Below are positions 19,385 to 28,679 of a stretch of DNA of 64,000 nucleotides, piece by piece (the stretch's first letter is position 1; each line of letters starts with the position of its first letter). A program made the translations under genes and the position numbers. The stretch is from the NCBI GenBank assembly GCA_964578345.1, contig CAZOCP010000003.1, forward strand, positions 1,136 through 65,135, written 5' to 3'. A model generated the notes under the pieces. The model searched no databases. It was given only the letters and a program-made list of their open reading frames with translations, and was not told the origin of the DNA. Source of the DNA: Candidatus Woesearchaeota archaeon (GTDB lineage: Archaea > Nanobdellota > Nanobdellia > Pacearchaeales > GW2011-AR1).

Positions 19385-19852
19385 ATGATGCAAATTTATA
19401 CTTGTATGGCAAAGACATCTACTAAGATTTTGATTGCCGTTTTGGTTATCATTGTATTGGCCGTTGTTCTTTTCTTTGTTTTAAGGCCATCTAATAAACC
19501 TGATTTGATTATATCTAATGTTACTTTTGGTTTTGCTCAAAGTCCAGTCTACATAACAATTTCAAATATTGGTAATTCTGATGTAACGGAAAGGGTAACT
19601 TTGTGTGTGTGGGACAAGGATTCAACAAAAGAGGCCTATAAACAAAGAACGGGAACAGAATGTAGTATGTCTGTAACCAATTATGATCCATCTGATGCGA
19701 GTAAGAATCTAGCGATAAAAGCAGGGCAAAGCATAAATTTGACGTTCAGTAGCCTTGGAGGATACTTTCCGCCACTTAACTTCGAGATAGATTCGGATAA
19801 TGTAGTTAAAGAATCGAATGAAGATAATAATTTCTATACACTTACTCAATAA
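19385..19852 (+). CDS. Membrane-anchored CARDB-like domain protein
   Basis: TM anchor ILIAVLVIIVLAVVLFFVL, then PDLIISNVTF...YITISNIGNSDV...ESNEDNNFYT, the CARDB pattern. Confidence 0.5.
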   Translation: MMQIYTCMAKTSTKILIAVLVIIVLAVVLFFVLRPSNKPDLIISNVTFGFAQSPVYITISNIGNSDVTERVTLCVWDKDSTKEAYKQRTGTECSMSVTNYDPSDASKNLAIKAGQSINLTFSSLGGYFPPLNFEIDSDNVVKESNEDNNFYTLTQ

Positions 19853-19866
19853 TCTTAATCTCTAAA

Positions 19867-20175
19867 ATGGCTAACAAAAAGTTTCTAGCAGGAATGGAAG
19901 AAACTAAGACTGGATATAAATTTAATCCCGTCAAATTTGGAATTTCTGGTTTGTTGCAAATCTTGATAGGAATTGTCTTACTTGTTTTAGGAGCATATAA
20001 TCAAATTTTTGCAATTTTATTCTTAATTTATCTTATATTTATAATAGTTCTCCATTTTAAAGGTATGAAACAATATTTTACTTCAATTATCTCAAAAAGC
20101 AAAGAAAGTAATTATAAATTCAGTTTTGAAAGTAAGGGACCATTCGAAGAAAAGGAGATCAAATTTAAAAGATGA
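19867..20175 (+). CDS. Small membrane protein, hypothetical
   Basis: Two hydrophobic helices (GISGLLQILIGIVLLVLGAY; ILFLIYLIFIIVL). Confidence 0.4.
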   Translation: MANKKFLAGMEETKTGYKFNPVKFGISGLLQILIGIVLLVLGAYNQIFAILFLIYLIFIIVLHFKGMKQYFTSIISKSKESNYKFSFESKGPFEEKEIKFKR

Positions 20176-20588
20176 TAAGAGAATTTTTTGGCATAAAAAA
20201 ATTATCTGAAGATAAGCGGAAAATAAAATATCTTATTAAGACAAGATATACTGTCTTGTTTGTTCCAATTTTATTTATCATCTTATTTATCATTTTGGTG
20301 GCTTTCTCAAATGTCTTAATCGCTTTATTAGTGACTTTTCTTTTGGCCATTTTATTGGTAATTTCAGTGTATTTCCCAATGATGATTGCAAAGGTAAAGG
20401 GGAGAAAATTAGTTTATAGAGCGATTGATTATAAAACACAAGAGTTAACCATTTACGAAGTCGGAAATGGATTTTTGAAATATTCTATTGAGTATGATAT
20501 GTCTGCTCTGAAGGGAAATACTCGTGGTCTAAACAAAGCTGAAAAAGAACTTACAGACGTTGCTTCAAAAGTATTAAAGTTAAAATAG
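20172..20588 (+). CDS. Membrane protein, hypothetical (translationally coupled to 19867..20175)
   Basis: 4-nt overlap with upstream gene; two TM helices. Confidence 0.4.
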   Translation: MIREFFGIKKLSEDKRKIKYLIKTRYTVLFVPILFIILFIILVAFSNVLIALLVTFLLAILLVISVYFPMMIAKVKGRKLVYRAIDYKTQELTIYEVGNGFLKYSIEYDMSALKGNTRGLNKAEKELTDVASKVLKLK

Positions 20589-20981
20589 AAATCTTCTTTT
20601 TCTGAAAAAGAAGCAAAAACGACTGCCCCCAACGAAAACCCGAAAACCAAAGTGCCCTCTCAAAGTTTTCCCACCATCCCAAACCCTAAAAAAATAGTTC
20701 GTTAATCACGCTCAAATGCGATTTTAGGAATAAATTAGAAGCACTCGAGGGCTTTCGTAGCCAACTCGAGCCTTACAGGTCTCTTAATCTCCCTTAACCG
20801 TCCTTCAAAAAATAAAAAATACATTCTGCCAGGCGAAAATACATCCTGCCAGGCGCATTCGGCGCTTCGCGCCTCATTTACAACTAAGGCTATTTTTTAT
20901 TATATTCAAATAATACAAAATCAAAATCCAACAGAAACATTTATAAAAACAAAAGTCCTCAGTTTCTCAATAAAAAATAGG

Positions 20982-22316
20982 TTGCGAAACATGCTAGAAA
21001 CAAAAAAAGGGTGGCGATTTTTCATTGTAGCTTTAATTCTTCTATTATTAATTATTGCCCTAGGTTTGCTTCTCAACCCTCTCTTCACAGGCGGATCAAT
21101 TCAAGAGAATCGTTCTCCATCGACATGCAGCGGAGCTTGGTCATCTTGCGCTAATGCTTTTACTGACGATTCAAGCAGAGCAACTGCTTCTGTCAATGAT
21201 CAAAACAAAAAATCAGGAATTTGGCGCAATTACAATCTGCTAATACCACAAAGTGCAACTATTGAGAAAGTCTATCTTAGAGCAGACTTCTTTGCAAAAT
21301 TTAATAATGGCTATCTTGATATAAAAATAAGCAATGATGGTGGTTTAACTTATGGTCCTTCCCATATAATCGGCGGCAATACTCAAGAAAAAGATTATTT
21401 AATTGATGTCACAAATGACAGAACCTGGTCTCCTTCGAGCTTAAACAACGAAAAACTCATTGTTCAAGCAACCTGCTTTAAGAAAGGCGGCGGAAAGAAT
21501 CCGCTCTGCTATCTTGACTGGCTGCCAGTAAATGCCAGCTATACATTATTTGACTTCTCTCTTTCGATAAGTCCTTCTGGAAACTCTGTCTCACCAGGGG
21601 GAGCAACTTCCGCATTAATTTTTATCAACTCTCTTGGCGGCATATCTCAACCAGTTTCCCTATCACAAACAGGCTGCCCACCAGCTACAAGTTGTATTCT
21701 TAGTCCATTAACAGGAAACCCTCCATATAATTCGCAACTCTTAATTACAACCTCTCCCACAACGCCTACAGGAAAATATTTGATAACAATAATAAGTTCT
21801 GGTGACGGCAAAACAAAAAGCACAGGTTTCATTTTGAATGTTACTTCCAGTACAAATGAGACACAAAACATCTCTTCACCTCCTCCAACATCAAACATGA
21901 CATCTAATAATAGTTGCTTTGATTCAGACGGAGGATTGAATTATAATGTTCCTGGCAACGTAACAAAAGGATCATCAACTTACAAAGATTATTGTGGAAA
22001 TCAGCAGTATAATTACACTATAGAATATTACTGTGCATCAAGTGAAAGTGTTGCTGAGCAGCTATATTCATGTCCAAAAGGACAATGCAGTTGGGATGTA
22101 ACAGGATCGGGTGCGTGTTCTGATGACACTGCGCCTTGCACTGATTCAGACGGAGGATTGAATTATAATGTAAAAGGAAGTGTTACTAACAGCCTTCTCA
22201 CTCACACAGACTATTGTGGCAACCCAAGTCTTGTTGTCGAGAATTACTGTGATGCAAATAGTAAGATGGTCTATTCAACTTATTCCTGCACATGTAGTGA
22301 CGGAGCTTGCGTCTAA
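20982..22316 (+). CDS. Secreted Cys-rich protein with C-x-DSDGG-LNYNV-G-V...DYCGN...EYYC modules (same module family as 8842..10254)
   Basis: Signal anchor WRFFIVALILLLLIIALGLLL. Two C-terminal modules CFDSDGGLNYNVPGNVTKG..DYCGNQQYNYTIEYYC and CTDSDGGLNYNVKGSVTN..DYCGNPSLVVENYC. Confidence 0.6.
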   Translation: MRNMLETKKGWRFFIVALILLLLIIALGLLLNPLFTGGSIQENRSPSTCSGAWSSCANAFTDDSSRATASVNDQNKKSGIWRNYNLLIPQSATIEKVYLRADFFAKFNNGYLDIKISNDGGLTYGPSHIIGGNTQEKDYLIDVTNDRTWSPSSLNNEKLIVQATCFKKGGGKNPLCYLDWLPVNASYTLFDFSLSISPSGNSVSPGGATSALIFINSLGGISQPVSLSQTGCPPATSCILSPLTGNPPYNSQLLITTSPTTPTGKYLITIISSGDGKTKSTGFILNVTSSTNETQNISSPPPTSNMTSNNSCFDSDGGLNYNVPGNVTKGSSTYKDYCGNQQYNYTIEYYCASSESVAEQLYSCPKGQCSWDVTGSGACSDDTAPCTDSDGGLNYNVKGSVTNSLLTHTDYCGNPSLVVENYCDANSKMVYSTYSCTCSDGACV

Positions 22317-22501
22317 ACTTAAATTCCATTATTAAAAGAATATACTAGAATAATCATAAACCATCATATTGCTCAACTTAATTTTAATCTTTAATAAACA
22401 TCATAAGTATAGAAAAAATCAGGCGATTTAATCTGACTATGTTCTCTAACCTTCTAGGAGTTATTATATAATCAGAACTATAACTACAATATCAAAAAAA
22501 C

Positions 22502-22888
22502 TTTGCGTTTTACCTCGGCTTTTAAGCCGAGGTTTGTTTGGTTTTTTGGATGCAGAAAAATCCCTGTGATTTTTCTGAACAGAGAATTTCTATCTGAAAT
22601 TCTCTTGTGCTCAAGAATTCATCTGCACACTGAAGTGTGCAGTTTTCTTCTAGAATTCTTGACATCAAAAAAACGATGTGCCACCTCGCCTTAAAAGGCG
22701 AGGTTTGTGATAGGCACTCGTTTCATCAAGGACGAAGTCCTTGAGTGTCATCGAGAATCGGAGATTCTCGAGATTTGGATGCTCAGGAATGCAGCGCCCT
22801 AAAGCCTCAAGAACGAAGTTCTTGATGGCCGTCAAGGATACTCAATCCTTGAGGGGCGCGGTTTTCACCGCATTCTTGACATAAAAAA
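22502..22888. repeat. Tandem pair of family-2 hairpin-module repeats (array of ~10 perfect short hairpins). The ORF 22503..22694 is judged spurious
   Basis: cctcggct-ttta-agccgagg, cagaaaaatc-cctgt-gatttttctg, agagaatttc-tatct-gaaattctct, tgcacact-gaa-gtgtgcag, cctcgcc-ttaaaa-ggcgagg, caaggac-gaa-gtccttg, tcgagaatc-gga-gattctcga, caagaac-gaa-gttcttg. Both units end in cttgacat(c/a)aaaaa. Confidence 0.8.
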
Positions 22889-22954
22889 GTAATAATATTT
22901 ATTATTTTGTAAGCCTTGAGGTATATTTTTAAACCTCTTTGCTTTTGAACAAAA

Positions 22955-23842
22955 ATGAATCAATCTGAGATAGAAAAATTAATAAAATCTGGCTCAATAG
23001 CAAAACAAGTAGTAGAATACGCAAAATCCTTCATAAAACCATCAATGAAACTATTAGAAATAGCTGAAAGAATAGAAGAAAAAATTTATGAGCTTGGCGG
23101 AAAACCTGCTTTTCCAGTTAATCTATCAAAAAACAATATTGCTGCACACTCAACTCCGGTCACTAATGATACAGAAATTGCTGAAGGTTTATTAAAAGTG
23201 GATATTGGAATCCATATTGACGGATATATTGCAGACACTGCATTATCTTTAGATTTAGAGGACAATGAAGAAAATAAAAAATTAATCGAAGCTGCAGAAA
23301 CTGCACTGCAGAAAGCATTAGATGTAATAAATCAAACAAGCACCTTGGGAGAAATAGGAAAAATAATAGAATCGACAATTAAATCTTTTAACTTATCACC
23401 AATTCATAATTTATCCGGCCATTCAATAGAAAAATACAACTTGCACGCAGGAATCACTATTCCAAACTTTGATACAAAGCAAAACAAAAAACTTCTCCCC
23501 GGAATATATGCGATAGAACCCTTCTCCACAAATGGCTTAGGCTCGGTAAAAGAAGGCAGGCTCTCAGGGATTTACATGTTAAAAAAAAGTGGGCAAGTCA
23601 GGGATAAAAACTCCAGAGAAATACTATCATTTATAGAATCAGAATATAAGAGTCTGCCTTTCTGCACGCGCTGGATAGAAAAAAAATTCGGCTCTCGCTC
23701 AATACTTGCCTTGAAAAGAATCGAAGAAGCAGGATTGCTGCATAACTATCCTCTACTCACCGAGATAAGCAACGGTAAAGTAGCACAAGCAGAACATACA
23801 GTAATTTTGACAGAAAATGAAAAGATTATCACAACAAAATAA
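22955..23842 (+). CDS. map: Methionine aminopeptidase, type 2 (archaeal)
   Basis: Collinear with archaeal MetAP2: metal ligands in DIGIHIDGYIADTA, HN..GH, and E...E. Confidence 0.85.
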   Translation: MNQSEIEKLIKSGSIAKQVVEYAKSFIKPSMKLLEIAERIEEKIYELGGKPAFPVNLSKNNIAAHSTPVTNDTEIAEGLLKVDIGIHIDGYIADTALSLDLEDNEENKKLIEAAETALQKALDVINQTSTLGEIGKIIESTIKSFNLSPIHNLSGHSIEKYNLHAGITIPNFDTKQNKKLLPGIYAIEPFSTNGLGSVKEGRLSGIYMLKKSGQVRDKNSREILSFIESEYKSLPFCTRWIEKKFGSRSILALKRIEEAGLLHNYPLLTEISNGKVAQAEHTVILTENEKIITTK

Positions 23843-23851
23843 AACAAATAA

Positions 23852-24607
23852 ATGAAGAAAGAAACTAAAAACAAAATTGAATTATCTTTTATACTAGCAG
23901 AAAGCTGGTTTAAGTTAAAAAATGAGGGGAGTTATATAGGGATTTTTTGGTATTTGCTGAATCCTCTCCTTATTTTTTTGCTGCTTTACACAATATTTTC
24001 AAACAGTTTAGGAAAAAGTATACCTAACTATTCTCTTTATATATTTATAGGAATCAGCATATTTAATCTATTCCAGCAGACAACGCAGGAAGCTACTAAA
24101 GTTATTTTCAATCATAGATGGATTATAAAATCTATCAATATTCCATCACTCTCTCTCATTGGTGCAACAGTAATCAAACAACTATATTCTCACACTATAG
24201 AAATAATTATAATAATAGCATTAATGATAATAGAAAAAGTGCCTTTGATTAATATAATCTTCTACCCTCTAATTTTAATAATTTTCTGTCTTTTCATCTA
24301 TGGAGTGTCTTTGGCTCTTGCTGCACTCACTGTATACTTCTTAGACCTAGAAAATATATGGTCATTTGCAATGCGCTTGCTTTGGCTGGCAACTCCTATA
24401 TTTTATAATCTAGAGGGTCATGCAATCAGTAAAATAAATTTAATAAACCCAATATACTATTTTATAGAAATCAGCCGTAATTTATTAATAAATAGTTCTA
24501 TATCCTGGACTCTCATTTTAGGCGCATTTATTTCAGCACTAGTTTCCCTGATAATTGGAAACTTTATATTTTCTAAACTAAAAAATAAATTTGCAGAACA
24601 CATATAA
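23852..24607 (+). CDS. ABC-2 type polysaccharide/teichoic-acid-type exporter permease (Wzm/TagG-like)
   Basis: 6-TM ABC-2 topology, directly followed by the cognate ATPase. Confidence 0.7.
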   Translation: MKKETKNKIELSFILAESWFKLKNEGSYIGIFWYLLNPLLIFLLLYTIFSNSLGKSIPNYSLYIFIGISIFNLFQQTTQEATKVIFNHRWIIKSINIPSLSLIGATVIKQLYSHTIEIIIIIALMIIEKVPLINIIFYPLILIIFCLFIYGVSLALAALTVYFLDLENIWSFAMRLLWLATPIFYNLEGHAISKINLINPIYYFIEISRNLLINSSISWTLILGAFISALVSLIIGNFIFSKLKNKFAEHI

Positions 24608-25336
24608 ATGGAAAGAATAAAAATAGAAAAAGTGAGCAAGACCTTTAACTTAAGCTTTAAAAAAAACCAGACAGCTCTCCAAAGAACAGTTGCATTTTTT
24701 ACAGAAAAAGAGCAGAAGAAAACACTTACAGTTCTTGAAAATGTATCTCTCTCCGTAAAATCAGGAGAAATAAAAGGATTAATAGGAAGCAACGGTTCAG
24801 GAAAAAGTACTTTATTAAGGATAATTGCAGGAATATATCCTCCAGACTCCGGAAAAATAACCAATACTGGAAAAGTAGTCTCAATTATTAATTTAACAAG
24901 CGGACTACAAGAAAGACTGACAATGAGAGAAAATATATTTCTATGTTGTACATTCTATGGATTATCTATTAAAGAGACAAAAAATAAATTCGATTATATA
25001 GTTTCGTTCTCCGAATTAGAAAAATTTGTTGACACTAGGATATTTCAGTTCTCAAATGGAATGCTGCAGCGCCTTGCATTCTCAATTGCAGTAAATTGCT
25101 TTCCTGAGATCATGCTTCTTGATGAAGTATTTGAAGTAGGAGATGAGAAATTCAGGGAAAAAAGCTCTGAAGAAATAAAAAAACTTGCAAAACAAGGAGT
25201 GGCAATTTTATTGGTAAGCCATGATATGCATTTAATAGAAAAACATTGCCATAAAGTTATTTGGCTTAGCAATGGCAAGATTAAGAAGGAAGGAGAAACT
25301 AAAAAAGTAGTGAAAGGATATTTAGCAGAAAACTAA
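24608..25336 (+). CDS. ABC transporter ATP-binding protein (Wzt/TagH/KpsT-like, short form)
   Basis: Walker A GSNGSGKST, signature FSNGMLQRLAFS, Walker B IMLLDE. Confidence 0.8.
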   Translation: MERIKIEKVSKTFNLSFKKNQTALQRTVAFFTEKEQKKTLTVLENVSLSVKSGEIKGLIGSNGSGKSTLLRIIAGIYPPDSGKITNTGKVVSIINLTSGLQERLTMRENIFLCCTFYGLSIKETKNKFDYIVSFSELEKFVDTRIFQFSNGMLQRLAFSIAVNCFPEIMLLDEVFEVGDEKFREKSSEEIKKLAKQGVAILLVSHDMHLIEKHCHKVIWLSNGKIKKEGETKKVVKGYLAEN

Positions 25337-26256
25337 AGAAGGAAATTTCTTTCTAAATATCCTTTAAGAACACCTAAGCGCCAACCGCAGTCAAAAATAA
25401 TATTAAAATAACTTTCAGAGATTGGTTTTCTAAATAATTCAGAAACTATCCACTTGGGATAGAACAAATAAGACTTAAAAGAAATTCCGCTAAAAATAAT
25501 CTCTTTACCAATAGATTCATCTAAAGAATAATGCTTTCGAAAAATTTTATAAATCCAATATCCTCTATTAAAATTTAGCCGTGCTGCTTTTAAAACTGTA
25601 GACTTATGATGATGTCCGACCCTCACATCAGGAATAAACTTTATATGGGCATGTTTTCTAGAGCGTAAATAAAAATCTACATCTTCTAAATTAAATATCA
25701 TAGAATCAAACATTATTTTTTTAGCAAGAGATGTGAGAATTGCAAAATTTTTTGTGTCCAAATGCCTTATATATTCTCCAAGTACAAACTGTCTCAAAAA
25801 TTCTTTATTTGCACGCTGAATTTGCCTTGTTGAATAACTTTGAATAACATCTTTTTCATACCCCATAGTAATTTTGGCGTATTCTTCACGAATAGGCTTT
25901 GTTAATTCAAAAAGCCAATTTTTAGGAATTATACAATCTGAATCGGTCATTGCAATAATTTTTCCATGGGCGGCTCTAATCCCGGCATTTCGCGCAGCTC
26001 CACGAGAACGAAATGGTTCAAAAATATATCTAACTTTTTTATTCTGGCGGGAAAATCTCTCAATAATTTCTTTTGTCTTATCAGTTGAATTATTATCTAC
26101 GGCAATAACTTCATAATTTCTATAAGTTTGGCTGAGAATAGAAGACAAACATTTTTCTAAAGTCTCGCCCCCATTAAAAACAGGAATAACTGCTGAAATT
26201 TTAGGATTTTTCATAAATCTTCTCTTTAATTTTTTTAATAAAAATTTTTGTATCAA
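25333..26256 (-). CDS. Glycosyltransferase family 2
   Basis: ISAVIPVFNGGETLEKCLSSILSQTY..YEVIAVDNNSTD with a DSD motif. True start may be the internal Met 14 codons downstream, which reduces the overlap with the upstream gene. Confidence 0.75.
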   Translation of the reverse strand: MIQKFLLKKLKRRFMKNPKISAVIPVFNGGETLEKCLSSILSQTYRNYEVIAVDNNSTDKTKEIIERFSRQNKKVRYIFEPFRSRGAARNAGIRAAHGKIIAMTDSDCIIPKNWLFELTKPIREEYAKITMGYEKDVIQSYSTRQIQRANKEFLRQFVLGEYIRHLDTKNFAILTSLAKKIMFDSMIFNLEDVDFYLRSRKHAHIKFIPDVRVGHHHKSTVLKAARLNFNRGYWIYKIFRKHYSLDESIGKEIIFSGISFKSYLFYPKWIVSELFRKPISESYFNIIFDCGWRLGVLKGYLERNFLL

Positions 26257-27289
26257 ACTTTTTAGCCTGTTTTAAACAGTCATTCTTATATATAAAAGGA
26301 TTCTCTCCTATTTTATTAATAGCTGATTTAAGTGTTGAAACATTAATATCATCAATTAAGATTCCTGTTTTACCATTTACAATACTTTCTTTATACCCTC
26401 CTTCATTAGGTGCTATTACCGGTTTTCCCGATGCCATAGCTTCTACTGCATTCATGCCAAAATCTTCGTTGTGTGACGTAGTGATAAAACCTTTGCATGT
26501 TGCGTACAGCTCTCTCAATCTATCAGCATCCACCCAGCTCAAAATTTTCACATGAGAAGGAGCGATGCGCTTGATATATGAAACATATTGCTGAAAATGA
26601 GCAGACTGCTCATAACTCCCTACTACAACCAATTGTTCTTGGGGAAGCTGAGCAAACGCGTGCATCTGCAAATCAATTCTCTTATGAGCAATAAGTCTAT
26701 TCACACTCAACCAGAAATCTCCATTTTTCTGATAATAAAAAAGCGAAGTATCTATAGGGGGATATACCACTAAGGCATTTCTTCCAAGATAACGATGAAT
26801 TCTTACTTGTACGTTCTTCGAATTACAAACTATTTTATCAACTTCTCTCACATATTTTCTATACAAAGACCTGTTCCAAAATACCCAAGCATCGAAAGGC
26901 CAGCGCTTATACCATTCAACAATGTAAGTTCGAGTGTAATGGTATAAATCCCATAGCTCTCGCGGAGGTGAATGCACATACCAAAGATTAGGTTTATTCT
27001 GTAAAGCACCAGACACTGCCCAATCCCCTCCAATAATATAAAAATCATATTTTTTTCCAAGATTCAGAGTTCTAAACCGAAACAAGGCCATTTGCTGACG
27101 AAAAGGAGCCTGAAGAGGTATACTCCCTATAGAAATAACTTTCACATTAGCAAACCCCATTTTTCGTATCTTCTCTCTATCAATATTAGTTGTGTATATA
27201 TCGGCTCGTAATTCTCGAGCTAAGGTCAAACACACCATCTCTGCACCTCCGATGTTGTCCATAAAATTATGGAAGATAGCTATCTTCAT
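26201..27289 (-). CDS. Glycosyltransferase family 4 (GT-B)
   Basis: N-terminal GGAEMVCLTLAREL, C-terminal E..G...VEAMASGKPVIA motif. Confidence 0.75.
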   Translation of the reverse strand: MKIAIFHNFMDNIGGAEMVCLTLARELRADIYTTNIDREKIRKMGFANVKVISIGSIPLQAPFRQQMALFRFRTLNLGKKYDFYIIGGDWAVSGALQNKPNLWYVHSPPRELWDLYHYTRTYIVEWYKRWPFDAWVFWNRSLYRKYVREVDKIVCNSKNVQVRIHRYLGRNALVVYPPIDTSLFYYQKNGDFWLSVNRLIAHKRIDLQMHAFAQLPQEQLVVVGSYEQSAHFQQYVSYIKRIAPSHVKILSWVDADRLRELYATCKGFITTSHNEDFGMNAVEAMASGKPVIAPNEGGYKESIVNGKTGILIDDINVSTLKSAINKIGENPFIYKNDCLKQAKKFDTKIFIKKIKEKIYEKS

Positions 27290-27345
27290 AGAAGCTCTGC
27301 CAACTCTGCCCCTTTATTAAATTGCATTGTATTGAAGTCTATAAT

Positions 27346-28608
27346 TCATTTTATCATATTTAGGAGAGTTGATATGTTCTTCTTATTTAATTTCTGATAA
27401 TTTTTTGAAAATTTATAGGCTCCTGTTGTTAGATTTCTATAAAGCTTATGGTCAGTAAGTATTCTGATTACTGCGTTTGAAAAAGATTCAGGGTCATCTG
27501 CAACCAAAAATGCTTTGTTCTTTCTATCTAAACCTTCGGCACTATGAGATGTCATAACTATCGGCTTGGAATAACTGAGCGCTTCAACAACTTTTATTTT
27601 CAAGCCAGTACCTACATAAAGCGGGCTTATCACCACATCAGCACTATCATAAAATTTCGCAATGTTTTTTACTTCCCCTAATACCTTACAGCCTTCTACT
27701 GCTTTAATTTTATGGCCTATATTCCCTGCTAAAATAAGTCTTACATTTGGCAAATGCATTTTTATCCTGGAAAAAATATTTTTAATAAAAAAGTTTACAC
27801 CATGAATATTTGCTTTATTTCCTGATCCTAAAAAAGCAATATTGTTTCCTACTTTAGTTTTTTGAGGTTTTTTTAAGGAAGTGATATGTCCTATTATAAT
27901 CACGGGCTTTTTTGTCAAGGTTCTCAAGAATTTTGCTTCTTCTTTTTGGATAGCAATAATTATATCCGCTCTTTTAATGCCTCTCGCCTCTTCTGATATT
28001 GTTGTCGAAAAAAAATCTTCAAATATTCTTTTCTTGCTATATTTTTTATTTCTATTTGTAAATACATCATGAGTATCTATAATCTTAACCACTTCATTGC
28101 CTACCGCCTCTAATGCTCTTGACATAAATACATATTCAACCATTATAGCATCATAAATATATTTTGCATGCATTTTTTTAATCCTGTAATCAAGACTAAT
28201 ATCATAAAATCTGTCTAAACCTGTATTTTTTCTTTTCATAGGGTATAGAGTAGAAAAAGCATCTGGAAAATAAGGCTTGAGTTCCCTATATAACTCTGAA
28301 AAATATTTTTTAATAAGTTTTCCTGCTATTCCAGAAGTGTAGTGAAAAAGAGCATCGGCACGCTGAAAAAAGTTAGGAGAATTAAGAGGAACATACACAA
28401 AATTATCCCAAAATAATTTCATAGCCGGAATATCTGGTTTTCTCTCCACATGGTTGCTGTGACGCTCACGATCCCAATAAAGAAAATGAACTTCATAACC
28501 TCTTTTTTGTATTGATGATGCAAGAGCGTAAATGCGTGCACGGTTTCCTGCATTTTGTGGATGGCTGGGAGTAGGTGAAATAATAAGAATTCTTTTCCGC
28601 TCTTTCAT
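27346..28608 (-). CDS. Glycosyltransferase, GT-B fold (GT4-like)
   Basis: PTPSHPQNAGNRARIYALASSI N-terminus, C-terminal GT-B domain (SPLYVGTGLKIKVVEALSYSKPIV). Confidence 0.6.
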   Translation of the reverse strand: MKERKRILIISPTPSHPQNAGNRARIYALASSIQKRGYEVHFLYWDRERHSNHVERKPDIPAMKLFWDNFVYVPLNSPNFFQRADALFHYTSGIAGKLIKKYFSELYRELKPYFPDAFSTLYPMKRKNTGLDRFYDISLDYRIKKMHAKYIYDAIMVEYVFMSRALEAVGNEVVKIIDTHDVFTNRNKKYSKKRIFEDFFSTTISEEARGIKRADIIIAIQKEEAKFLRTLTKKPVIIIGHITSLKKPQKTKVGNNIAFLGSGNKANIHGVNFFIKNIFSRIKMHLPNVRLILAGNIGHKIKAVEGCKVLGEVKNIAKFYDSADVVISPLYVGTGLKIKVVEALSYSKPIVMTSHSAEGLDRKNKAFLVADDPESFSNAVIRILTDHKLYRNLTTGAYKFSKNYQKLNKKNISTLLNMIK

Positions 28609-28679
28609 TATCTTTAATAGTTTTTCCTTTTATAAGTTTATTCATGAATATAAATCAACAATAAATCTATGTGTAAATC

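Noticed and set aside
22503-22694. ORF 22503..22694(+) and ORF 38594..38800(+)
   Set aside because: Both lie inside hairpin-repeat or structured-element DNA, with arginine- and cysteine-rich junk translation and no coding periodicity.
22502-22888. CRISPR array hypothesis for the hairpin clusters
   Set aside because: Palindromic units are all different in sequence, lengths and spacings are irregular, there are no identical direct repeats, and no cas genes are in the window.
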